This document shows, one piece after another, positions 50,741-62,390 of a DNA stretch of 64,000 bases. Origin of the DNA: Vicugna vicugna (Eukaryota); assembly GCA_013265495.1 (NCBI GenBank), contig MU058221.1, forward strand, positions 2,852,001-2,916,000, in the 5' to 3' direction. Under the pieces are notes generated by a model. It did not search any database. It was not told where the DNA came from and saw only the letters and a program-made list of their open reading frames with translations. A program made the position numbers and the translations under genes. Within the stretch, counting starts at the first letter, position 1. The number at the start of each line of letters is the position of its first letter.

Positions 50741-51469
50741 CTGTCATGTCCCAGAACCTCTAAAGAGCCTTCAGTGTTACCACAATTCCAATACTCTCCT
50801 TTTCAATCTGCAATGAATACAGAGTTTCCAGGGAGCCATTTATGGCCTGCAGTGTCCACAAGACATTTAAGGACGGAAAGGTAATAGAAGGGCCAAGAAA
50901 AAAATTTTCCTAACATTTGTTAATAATGTCCCTTAGATAAATTCCAAGAAGTCTGGTCATACAGTTTTCTGCACTCGGGAGGTTTTGCTGGGATTCCACC
51001 AAGGGACCCAGTCCAACGAGAACATGGTAAAACTTCTAAACCCAAAATGTGGAATTTAAGATAAAACTCCATTGATTTAAAAGAAGTCATTAAATAGTCT
51101 TCTTAATGTGAAAGCATCATAAATCATGAGTTCCAGGGAGAGAAGTGACACTTGCCATTGTGACCCACACCATCTCTATATTTATAAATGGGACAAGAGT
51201 GACATGCCTCTCCTTTGTAGAATGCCTGTGTGCCCTGCCTGGCACCTTTCCCCTGCCGTGGCTGTCGCCGTCCATTGCCTTGTGATGTTCAGTGAGGAAG
51301 CTGTTTTTATTCCAAGTGAAAGAGAGATTTAAATCATTGAATCTCAGCTAAACTAACGGTAAAGCCAATTGACCACTGAATAATTCCAGGATTTGGACAT
51401 TTATATTGCGTTTCTACTATGTGTCAGCTGTAAATTTGATTAACATCCTTTTATATTGCCTCGACTTTT

Positions 51470-51740
51470 ATTTAAATATTTACTGATCCCTGACTGTTCA
51501 CCAAGTACTGTTCTTTGTGTACACCAGAATGCAGCCGCGAATGCGGCGCGCGATGTCCTTGCTTTGAGGGTGCCTGTGGCAACCTTTTAAAAATAACATG
51601 TTCATCACTCTGCTGCAGATGATGACTGAGGATTAAAAAAGGTAAAAATCTTATCCAAGCTCACATAGCTGAATTTAGACAGGCCATAGTTCAGAGGCAT
51701 GGTCATTTGTTGTGAAGTCAGTGATAAACCTACTACCCAG
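51470..51740 (-). mobile_element. L2 3' end plus MIR fragment
   Basis: aaatatttactga..ccaagtactgttct; cagatgatgactgagg..atccaagctcacatagct. Confidence 0.6.
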
Positions 51741-52364
51741 AATGTGACAAGGTTCAAAATACAAGAAATATATAGAAAATGTCCCAGTCTAATTAGGATT
51801 GGGTAATAATCTCACTAAGGAGACAGTACTTATAATATGTCAAACACATGAAAATAACTCGAGAGTATAATTTAGGGAAAAACCATAGTGGTCAAAGATA
51901 AGTCCTTAAGTAGTTTTGTGATGAAGCAGAAGAAAAAGGGGGTCAGGAAGGTTTCCAAAGAGAATTCCCCTCTACTCAGGCGCCATCACCACCCTATCAG
52001 GGCTGGGGTCTGATCCCAAGTTGCTGGATCATAAGCCTTGTGGGCTGAGCCCAAGCCAGCTCTGGTCTCTTTAAGTGTGTGTGTTTTTTTCCCCTCTCTC
52101 TGCACTGGGACCTTTTTGCAGAGGTGGGGAGGAGTGCTGAAGCAACCTGGGCCTCTGTGGGCTCCTGGCTTGTATCCGCTCCAATGCGCTGCCTGTGCAG
52201 ACGCCCTCAGCTCTTCCCCTCACTCCGCTCAGACGCAGCCTTGAGTGCAAGTTTCCTTTGTCCCTCATAGCTGATCACTTCCCCGTCCTTTGCCACCCCT
52301 GCCTTATTGTGTAGCCGCACTGCAGGGCAGGGCAGGCCTGTGTGGACTCTTGGCATAGATTGAG

Positions 52365-54290
52365 GCATGAACTTTAATAAATTTTAGATGTTTGAAATCA
52401 TAGCCAGCATCTTTTCCTACCACAGTGGTATAAAACTGTAAATCAATTATAATAGGAATTCTGGAAAATCACGTGAAGACTAACCACCTTGCTCTTGAAC
52501 AACCAATCGATAAAGAAGAAAGGAAAAAAGAATCAAAAATTATCTTGAGTCAAATGAAAATGAAAATATAATGCGATTAAACATCTACATTAAGAAGAAA
52601 ATCAAATACATATTTAAATTTATACCTCTAAGAACTAGGAAAAGACCAAATGAAGCCCCAAGTTAGTAGAAGTAAAGAAATAAAGATCAGAGTGGAAAGA
52701 AATGATATAGACACTAAACACATAATAGCCTTTTTAAAATTGATTAATCGTTAGCTAATCTAAGAAAAAAAGAGATGACTATAAAAAATAAAGTCAGAAA
52801 TGAAACAATACAACTGGTAACACAATAATATCGCAGATAAAAAGAAACTGCAGTGAACAATTATGCACCAAAAATTGGAAAACCTAGAAGAAGTGAATAC
52901 ATTCTTTTAAAAGTTGAATACTAGAACCATCCAACCCACCAAGACTGAATTATGACAATACAGAAAATCTGAACATACCTATGACTAGTAAGGAGGTTGA
53001 ATCAATAATCAAAAAACTCTCTGTGAGCCACTATGTATAAAAATAAAATTTTTTTAAAAGTTTCTTTTGTGTAGCACAGGGAACTATGTGCAATATCTTG
53101 TAATAACCTTTAATGGAAACAATGAAAACAAATAAATGTATGTATGTGCACGACTAGGATATTGTGCTGTATACCAGAGAAAGACACATTGTAATTGACT
53201 ATACTTCAATTAAAAAAAAATAAACCAAGAAACAAAATACTTCTCAATACAGAAAATCCCCCATATGCTTTTATTGGAGAAATCTACTAAACTTCTAAAG
53301 AAGAAATAATACCAATCCTTCTAAAACACTCCAGAAAAATTGAAGAGTAGAAAACACTTCCAAACTCATTTAATGATGGTATCATTCCCCTGATCCCCAA
53401 ATCTGGCAAGGACACTATAAGAAAAGAAAATTACAGGGCAAAATTCCTGATGAACATAGATGCAAAATTTCTCAATAGAGTATTAGCAAACCATATTGAA
53501 TAGTACATTAAAAGGACCATACACCACGATGAAGAGGGATGTATTCCAGGGATGTGAGATGGTTCAACAGCCACAGAATCAGTCAACATGATACACCGCA
53601 TTAACAAAATGAAAGGTAAAGATTATATGACCACCTCAAAAGTTGCAGAAAAAACACTGACAAAATTTAACATCCTTTCATGATGAAAACTCTTGACAAA
53701 CTGGATATAGAAGGAACGGACCTCAACCTAATAAAGGCCATCTATGACAAGTCCACAGCTAACATCATACTCAACTGGGAAAAGCTAAAAGCCTTTCCTC
53801 TAAGATGAGGAACAAGGCAAGAATGCCCATTTTCTCCACTTTTATTCAAAATCCCCCAAGTGGTTTTATTGGAGAATTCTACTATTCAAAATAGTACTGG
53901 AAGTTCTAGCCAGAGGAATTAGACAAGAAAAAGAAATAAAAGTAACACAAATTGAAATTAAATGAACTCCATTGGCAGATGACATGATCTTACATACAGA
54001 AAACCCCAAATAAAGACTCTACCCAGAAACTGTTAGGACTAATAAACAAATCAAGTAAGACTGCACGATACAAAATCAATATGCAAAAAGCAGCTGTATT
54101 TCTTCTATGCTCTCAACAAAGTATTGGAAGGAAAAATTAAGAAATCGATCCCAAATATAGTAGATCAAAAAGAGTAAAACACTGAAGACTATATTTAACC
54201 AAAGAGTTGAAAGATCTATACACTGAGAAGTATAAAACACTGACTAAATAAACTGAAAGAGACATAAATGAATGTAAAGATACTTGAACA
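52365..54290 (+). mobile_element. L1 ORF2 fragment (EN end to RT), decayed
   Basis: agcatcttttcctaccacagtgg; ccaatccttctaaaac; gatgaacatagatgcaaaa; tggcagatgacatgatc (ADDMI, RT catalytic motif). Confidence 0.93.
53025..53235 (+). mobile_element. Camelid-type L1 3' fragment nested in L1 ORF2
   Basis: agcacagggaactatg..ctatacttcaattaaaaaaaaa. The host ORF2 resumes afterwards. Confidence 0.9.
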
Positions 54291-54458
54291 CTTACGAGAA
54301 CTTGGGTCCTGCCCCTATGTCCCAGCCCTCTGGTTGGGTCTGTGGGTTCTGACCATGACACCTATCTGAAAGCTTCTCCTTGTCACGACCTGGGAACCCT
54401 TTTCTGCTTCTCTGTCAGCAGTCCTGGGCATCAACCATCTCTCTCCTTCCTCAAGGCC

Positions 54459-54640
54459 AGGGGTCTCCCAAATTTTTATGAAAAGGGCTGGATAAATATT
54501 TTAGTTGACGAGAGCCCTATGTCTCTATCATGGCTACTCAACTCTGCCATTGTGTCTCAAGGACAGCCGTGGAGAATACAGAAATTATGGGCATGGCTGT
54601 GTTCTAATAAAACTTTACACATCAAAGGGTGTGCAGGAGT
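54459..54640 (+). mobile_element. MER58A-like hAT-Charlie MITE
   Basis: caggggtctcccaaattttt..aagggctggataaatattttag..ctactcaactctgccattgt..atgggcatggctgtgttctaataaaacttta. Confidence 0.88.
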
Positions 54641-55177
54641 CGTCTGTGTGCTTCGTTTCATTTCTGGATCTTTGTCCTAGGCCACTGGCAGGCTCTTCCT
54701 TTAGTTTCCTTGATTCTTGTGGGATTCGCACGATCTCAGGGGTAGCCGACCAGGACCACTAAGTGTGCCACAGGTGTGACATATGCCACAGACAAGAAGA
54801 AAAAAAATGATTTCATTTTAATTTTTTTCCCCACGAATCTCAGAAACAACACTTAGGATGTATTTTGACCTTGTTTTTCTGCAACTCAGCCTCCTGCTCC
54901 CAGGGTGAGGATACGTCGGGAACATAAGCACAGGCTGTCACTGCTGGTTAGGGACACACCGTGCGTAGTGAGTGTGCTGCACGCTTGCAGGGCGGTCTCA
55001 TGATTGCCTTTCTATCTGGCAGCAGGTGGAGTTTCAGGTTTCTCATCACTGAGAGAAGAATGTAGTCCCCATCTCAGATCAGAGAAAGCCCCCTAGGGAT
55101 AAACCCTGACTATGCTGCTGGCGTTTCGGGAAGAGAGAAGCAGGTCCCAGCTGAGAATGGAATTATTGACCTCTTCT

Positions 55178-55446
55178 CGCTGATACTAACCACTAACATA
55201 CAAAATAGATAAACACGTTTCTGCTGTGTAGCACAGGGAACTATATTCAATATGTTGTAGTAACTTATAATGAAAAAGAATATGGAAATGAATATATGGA
55301 TGGAAATGAATGACTGAACTCCTATGCCGTCCACCAGAAACTGACACAACATTGTAAACTGACTAGACTTCCGTAAGGAACAAAACCAAAACCCCAAACC
55401 AAAAACAAACAAAAAAATCAAACCCAAGAAAACAACAACAAAAAAG
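55178..55446 (+). mobile_element. Camelid-type L1 3' fragment with CAAAA-type tail
   Basis: gatactaaccacta..agcacagggaactatattcaata..ccagaaactgacacaacattgtaaactgacta. Confidence 0.92.
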
Positions 55447-55559
55447 AGTTAATGATCAGAGCCAAGACCTGCCCCTCCTCGAATCCAGAGCCAACCCTGA
55501 TGGCTCCGCCTTGGTCCCATGAGTGCCGGCCTGTTGAGGGGCCACGCCCTAGTGCTTAA

Positions 55560-56010
55560 TCTCTTCTCTTTCTCCTAGTGTCCAACTCCTTCCTCCGAAC
55601 TGAATTGCTGCCTTTAAGGCCACTTTAAGTCTCTCCAAGCAGTACGGAAACCAAACCAGACCAACCCTTCATCTCTTCCTCTTCCCCAGGTCTTTACTTC
55701 TCCTCATCCACACAACTGTCTCCACTCCTGCCACGTACCCCTCTGCCCTTCTACTCTGCTTTCCAGGCTCAGCTTTCCACTAAACCAAGTCTTGTTAAGG
55801 TCACCGGTGACATACAGGTTGCTGAGTTCAGTAAGCGCTTTCCTCTCCTCGGTTCACTTGACTCTGGGCCGCACTTGCTACAGCTGACCTCTCCTTCTTT
55901 CTTAAAATACTCTGCTTCCTGAGTTTCCACGACAAGCCTCTCCCTGAATTTCGTCTTGCTCACGGCCCTGTTGACTGCTGCGATTTCTCGTCTTCACCAC
56001 CTGAGCGCCA
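55560..56010 (+). mobile_element. L2 RT-region fragment
   Basis: ccactaaaccaagtcttgttaaggtcaccggtgac..cttgactctgggccgcacttgctacagctgac (decayed ETALVKVTND..LDLSAAFDTVDH). Confidence 0.8.
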
Positions 56011-56382
56011 TGAGGCTCTTACTTCCTGCTAAACACTAGGCAAATAATGGGATATAATTAGGTCTGGAAGAAAGTCTGTTAAAGAAGTGGCCTGGAGCAG
56101 TCCCTGGCCCCTCACTCCTTCCTGCGCTGCAGCTCTTAACAGTAGCACCTTGGTTTTGAATTATGAACCTGTGGTCTTTTTTCAGTAATATCAGTGGAGC
56201 CCAAAGGAAACTTTCTACTCGCTTAATCTTTATCTGACTCTTCCCTCACCTAAACCTTAAATCTCACTCAGTTTGTGTGTTTCTCTCATCTTTGACGCAT
56301 TTGTTGGGACCCGTTCCAGATCATGTAGGTCCCTTCGCCTTATCTTGACTTTAGGACACAACTGGCAATTGAAGAATAATTT

Positions 56383-56487
56383 GTTTTATTTTATTTTATG
56401 TATTTAATGGAGGTGCTGGGGATTGAACCCAGGACCTCGTGCCTACCAAGCATGCACGCTACCACTGAGCTACACCCTCCCCCCGAC
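56383..56487 (-). mobile_element. Vic-1-type camelid tRNA-derived SINE
   Basis: ggaggtgctggggattgaacccaggacctcgtgc..ctaccactgagctacaccctcccccc, with an A-rich tail. Perfect TSD ttgaagaataattt at 56369-56382 and 56488-56501. Confidence 0.9.
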
Positions 56488-58399
56488 TTGAAGAATAATT
56501 TCAAGCCAAAGGCTCTCATAATAGTAGGTCACACAAATGGCTCTAATGGATTCAAGTGAGTGCTCAGAGAATAGGTTCCATGAGAGGAAAGGGCTCTTAC
56601 TAAACTGTTAATATGGGAGGCAAAGGGGTCCAACATCCCAGAATATGGGCTGGGGGGGGCAGTGGCTTGTGTGGGGGTGTTGGGGCCAACAGACGCCAGC
56701 ACAGATAAGCCTACAAACAGGGGATGCGGTGATGCTGAAATTAACTGAAGGAATTCCCAGAGAAGGAGGTGGAGTTAAGCTACCAAATCTTTTCACTCCA
56801 TTATTTTTGCCCAAGATTCTCCTTAGCTTATTCCCTGAGAGCTGCTAATTCAATCTGAACCCTAGAAAACAGCTGCCATTCTCTGGGGATACAATGCTGG
56901 CCTTCATCTGAGAGTAATTGGTTGTCTGATAATTTCATGTCTTTGGGTCTCTGCTATGTTGTCTGGAAATCATCCTGTGGATCAAGAATTATGAAATAGG
57001 AAAGACGAACAACGAGGCAGCTTCAGTGAGACCCATAACAATGCTCCAACCGGATGGTGGCATTTAAGATAGATGGCAAAAGCCAATTCTGAGGCACTTC
57101 TGTAAGAATTTTGTGTTTCCCATTAGGGACATAATGCAGCCTCCATCTAATTTGCAAGTTTAAAATTGCAAATCCAACCCTTGGGAGAAGACTGGGTGAA
57201 TCGCAAGTGACTATTGCTGAAGTTTCACATGAGTAAATATATTGGCTGTGTTGGTATTATTCAACACTCAGAACCACCAAATACATTTTTGTATCATTTT
57301 ATTTGTAGAAGAATGGCACAATAATTTTCAGAATAAGTAACTCCTCAGTTTAGTGACAATTATGTTCCATTATAATAATTAAAATCACACCCTGCTATTT
57401 GGATGAACTCAATAGAATAATGATTTCTTGGGGGAAGATTTAATTGGATCATTATTTTTTTCTCCGGCATTAAAAATATCTGTAAATTATTTCCATTCAT
57501 TGCACCGCTGCTTAATTTTGATTTTTTTTTTTTTTTTTTGCTGTCCTGTGGAAAGAAATATCACTCACAAGATGGAAGCCTCAACCCACCCTTGAACCAT
57601 CTGTGCACCCTAATTGTTCTTGGAGGTGTGCCGGGGCTTGGCAGATTCAGAGCTCGTGACTGGGCATGATAGCAGGGCTACAGATGGTGGGAGCACCTGA
57701 AATCAGGTGGGTGGAAGCAGGCGGTGGGCGAAATAGTGGTGTTTCAGCAGACTGGTCTGTGGAAAGGAGAGCTCTAGAAAGCGGGTGAGAGATCATAAGG
57801 AAGTGTCAACAGCTCTCTTGGGGGTGAAGTTGGCAAGAGCTCGGAAGGGTATTAGGGCCTCCGGCTGAAGGGCTGGAGTTCAGGAAAGCACTCCTGCTTT
57901 AAGGGTGAACTGACGTATAAAGCAGAAAACCCAGGTGGGGGATGTGCTGGGTCACCACGGCAGGGGCTGGGGGGCAGCCAAGGCCATTTCGACACTGTGA
58001 TGTTCTAGTTCACTCTGAAGCTTACCTGACACTGGAATCATAGCAGTGAGATGATCAGCCCTGCTTAGACACTTAGCGGTCTGCTGTAGGTGCTGCGAAT
58101 GCTGCGTGCGTTTGTCTCAGCTTGAGGTACCTCTTACGCTGGATGCAGAGGACAGGGAATGACCATTCGGATTAAATGAGTGAGGTGTCGGGGGTCTTAA
58201 CAGGAAAAGCCTAAACCTGGGGCGTCAAGGCAAGGGAGGGAAAAGCAACCAAGCCAGAAGTGCTCACATCCCTGACAGAACGACAGGTTGATCTGCGGCC
58301 CCCTCTGTGTGCCTTTGTGAATGTGAGTGACACGGGAGTAAGGGGCAGTTTGTAGCCAGATGGTCCGAGCCCTGAAAGGTTTACAGACGCAGGAACCAA

Positions 58400-58480
58400 G
58401 AACCGAGTAATGTCTGCCCCATAGTCGTTGCTTAGCACATGTTTGTTGGACTGGAAACGAATGAACCAATGAATGAAAAA
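58400..58480 (+). mobile_element. L2 3' terminus
   Basis: gtctgccccatagtcgttgcttagcacatgtttgttgga..aatgaatgaa. Confidence 0.65.
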
Positions 58481-59479
58481 TAAAACAACAGCAAATGAAT
58501 TCTGTCACCTGCAGAGTTCCCAGGCTCTCTGAACCCAGGAGCAGGGTCAGGGATCACAATTTGTTGGCTAATTCTTTATTATTTTCTGATCTTTTTCCTT
58601 ATCATTTTCGTTTTGTTACAGTAAGCGTATAACTCAAGAAACTCAAACTTTGTCGCAGCAGCAGGAGCAGGGGGACACACGAATTCTGGGAGAGAAGAGC
58701 TTCACCAGAGACAACAATGCAAGAACAGACGGGAGACGTCGTCTGGGGAGAACCAGAGCTGACCTGGGCCGGGGGCGAGACGGAAGCCCGTGCACGGTTC
58801 CTAAGTACAGTGAGAAAGAAAGGCGCCTGGAGGGATGGGTGTGCGCGCTTCTCAGACAGACTCGGGTAGCTTGCATGTAATTCCTCTACTCTGCGCTGCT
58901 GGTGCAATGACCTCACGTCCAGCAAAGGGGCTCAATCGTTTCTCATCCTCGGAAAAAGGAGGCTCCTAGTCCCATTCTGTAGAGAAAGCTGTCAACCTGC
59001 AGGTGGCCCAGTCCTGGGATGAGATGATCAAGGGCGTGGTTTGGTTTTTATTTTAATAATGTAAATAGAGTCGGGATTGACAGCGTATTGAGAGCCACGT
59101 GGTTGCTGGGAGAAAACTCCACCCTGTTTAAAAAACGTTCAAACGATGGGGTCAGAATCTCCTACACTCAGTGGGCCCACGTCTCACTGACGTGGGGTAC
59201 GGGTGGGATCCTCTAAGGACACAGTGGCAAGTCATCTGCTGGTTCCCTGGAATTAGCACCTCCTAGGTCTTGCATTTCTGTTCATCCATAAAACCACGCC
59301 GTGCGTGTCAGAAAACTTTTCTTTTTTTAGTTATTCTGTATGCTTTTGCTTGAAACTCCACTTCCAGTTCCCCCCACCACACCGGTCCACGACATTTACT
59401 TCCAACCCCGAAACTGTATCTGTATTAGGGTCCATCTCTTGATAGATCTGACTCTTGGCCTAACTCTGACTTCTGGGTC

Positions 59480-59706
59480 TTTGGCTTCCTGTAATGTCAC
59501 TGATACCTTCTTCCCTAATCATTGTATTGATCCTGTGAAACTTATTCTAGAATTATATATTTTCCATTGCATAGCATCTTGCAAAGTGACATTACTCTTA
59601 CCCACAAGCTTCTTGAGGCCATAAAACATGTTTTTTCATCGTTGCATTCACGGTCCCTGACACAGTGGTTGGTAGTCAGTACATCCTGGTTGAATGAATG
59701 AATGAC
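59480..59706 (+). mobile_element. L2 3' terminus
   Basis: aagcttcttgaggcc..cctgacacagtggttgg..ggttgaatgaatgaatga. Confidence 0.7.
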
Positions 59707-59764
59707 AAGTTCATCCTTTGAGCTGGGAGAGTTTATAAAAGGTTGTCTTTATAACTTGAAAGCT

Positions 59765-59872
59765 GATATATGTACGTATGTGCATGACGGAGACATTGTG
59801 CTGTGCACCAGAAACTGACCCATTGTAAATGTACTTCAAAAAATTAAAAAAATATAAAGATAAAAAGTAAAA
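59765..59872 (+). mobile_element. Camelid-type L1 3' fragment
   Basis: TSD tgaaagct at 59757-59764 and 59873-59880, with an A-rich tail. Confidence 0.85.
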
Positions 59873-59959
59873 TGAAAGCTAGAATAGTTTTTAAAAGTTC
59901 TGCATCCACTTCACATCATTATCCTGGAGTTGTGGACATACTTCCTGCCCCAGAATGTC

Positions 59960-60660
59960 TCCCAGGGTAGTGGGAAAACCAGATGCATAACTAGTGCCTG
60001 CGAGAGGCCATGATAAAGACGTATACAGAGTGCTGCCGAAAGATGGAGTCACAACTGTGCAAGCTTCTAGGGACAAGGCAAGGAAATGCCACCTAAGGTG
60101 ATCTTTAAATACTGAAGAGTAAGTAAGCAGATAAAGAGGATTGGGCGGTGGTCTCTGTGGGACACTTGGACAGGGGCAGATGTAGAACCTTGCTAGCAGA
60201 GGCTTATTACAATGAAAGGCAAGAGACATAGGATGGTTGCCTGCAATTTAAATATTGCTGGAGCATAAAGTTCCAGGCAGAGAAGGAGGAGGGTGGGGCT
60301 GGAGAGGTAGAAGAGGCCAGGTCTCATGGGGCTTTATACTTTGACAAGGATCCTCAGTGTTGTTCCGTGGGTAGCGGGGGATGACACAGACAATTTGCAA
60401 CTCAGAAAACTCTGGGAGGTGTGTAAAGGATTAATCTGAGGTGGGCACATCGCAAGGCAGGGAAGTCAGTTAGAAAAACAGCAGCATTCTACAGGAGAGA
60501 AATGTGAGGACCCGATCAAGGCAAAAACAGACGTGGAAATGAAGCGCCCAGACTTTGTGGCTGAATGGCAAGGGGTCTGCACGTTATACTGGAGTCAAGA
60601 ATAACTCCCAGGTTGCTAATTACACTGGGCAGTTGGATGGTGGTGAAGTCGTTTCCCTCT
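59960..60660 (-). mobile_element. L2 fragment
   Basis: ggggctggagaggtagaagaggccagg..gcagggaagtcagttag..gagtcaagaataactcccaggtt..ctgggcagttggatggtggtg. Confidence 0.7.
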
Positions 60661-61048
60661 AGATCTCTGAGGCACTTTTTATTTCCTTCCATTTTCATGC
60701 CCTTGATTGCTGATCTGCTAAAAGACATCTACTGGAAGTTTTAACACAACTTGGAATATATACACGTCTCTTACTGTGTGAAATTATATATTCTAGCTGA
60801 TGGTTGGGAAGTACGAAGCCGTAATTTTCACTGAGCCAGTCAGCTCCATTTTTGACAGAGACTTAAACTTCACAAGAAACAAAGAGTATTCTTTATCCCG
60901 TCCTTGTTTCCAGCGGGACCCTGAGCGAGCTCAAGTCGCTGTATCAGTAGTTCTCAGGTTCCAGAAACTTCCTTTGAATAACTTCTTTGTGAATAATTGC
61001 GTTTTTGGTGATGATGCTGCCTCCCATGCTTAAACAAATCATACCTCC

Positions 61049-61534
61049 TGTAACAGAAGCCCTTGTTGTCTCATGCCCCCTCATCTCACCTCTGAATTCA
61101 CCCACAGCTGAGGTGGCTGTGTCTGTACATGTGGACAGTCACCCCTTCGGGGTCTTCCTCTGTTTGAGGGCTTTGCTGGAGAGCTGTGGATGAGTGGTGG
61201 TCGCCCAAAATGACCAGACACCCAACACCTCCAGGAGTGACTGTCCACAGATAAGGGGCTGGAGTCAGTGGGTCAATGTCTCAACTTCCCATCACTCATG
61301 TGAAAATATTGAGACACCTACAGACTCCCGACAGGGGCCTGACAGGCACGAATGAGCCTTAATTGCCACAGTGAGGACCTGCTCAATAGCACACCCATTA
61401 CTGATTTTTTTCCCCTTCCTTGATTCACTTTCCCCACTCCCTTACTTGTGCTGCCTGAGGTCACACCCCAAATAAGTCATCTCACGTGCCAGACAATTTA
61501 TCAGGTTAAGTTTGGGAGCAGTTGTACCTAAGAC
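61049..61534 (+). mobile_element. ERVL solo LTR, LTR16-like
   Basis: tgtaacagaagc..ttgccacagtgaggacctgctcaatagcacacc..cactttccccactcccttac..aaataag..taagac. Confidence 0.8.
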
Positions 61535-61569
61535 CCTTCCTTTTCCTTTGATGTAAGAGTGTAGGGATG

Positions 61570-62053
61570 GGTAATGAAGTTACGGTATATTTATACAATG
61601 GAATACTACTTGGCCATAAAAAAGAATAAAATAATGCCATTTGCTGCAGCATGGATGGACCTGGAGATCATCATTCTAAGTGAAGTAAGCCAGAAAGAGA
61701 AAGAAAAATACCATATAATGTCACTTATATGTGGAATCTTAAGAGAGAGAGAGAGAGAAATGAACTTATTTACAAAACAGCAACAGACTCACCGACATAG
61801 AAAACAAACTTACAGTTCCCAGGGAGGAAAGGGGGTGGGAAGGGATAAATTGGGGGTTCGAGATTTGCAGATACTAGCTACTATATATAAACTAGACAAA
61901 CAGCAAGTTTCTTCTGTACAGCACAGGGAACTATATTCAATATCTCGTAGCCTAGAATGAAAAAGAACATGAAAAGGAATATATGTATATGTATGTATGA
62001 CTGAACTATTATGCTGTACACCAGAAATTGACACATCGTACCTTAAAAAAAAG
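61570..62053 (+). mobile_element. Camelid-type L1 ORF2 C-terminus and 3' UTR
   Basis: [43 protein letters not shown] is the L1 ORF2 C-terminus. G-rich 3' UTR and short A tail follow. Confidence 0.95.
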
Positions 62054-62269
62054 TGCACGGGGAGAACTCGCTGTCCCTGACTCCGGGCACTGTCTGATGC
62101 TACAAGGCTTAACGCGTCATCCAGGAGAGAAGCGGCCTAGGATTCAGCCGCGGTTGACTCGTCTTCCGACGTTGCTCACTGTACGAGACTTATCGGTACA
62201 CATACGAGATGCAGAGTTCAGTTTTCTGAGGCGAGGCTGAAATTCCCGAACGGCGTGACCTTCTGCACT

Positions 62270-62390
62270 GGGCAAAACACGCTCACGTGCTTGTCCCACT
62301 GATTCTTCACACCCCTTTGAAAGGTCAGCTTATTTAACCCCATTTACAGATGGAAATACTGAGAGGTGGATGGAAGGACTGTAAAAGCCC
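62270..62390 (-). mobile_element. MIR fragment
   Basis: gattcttcacacccctttgaaagg..ccccatttacagatggaaatactgagagg. Confidence 0.7.
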
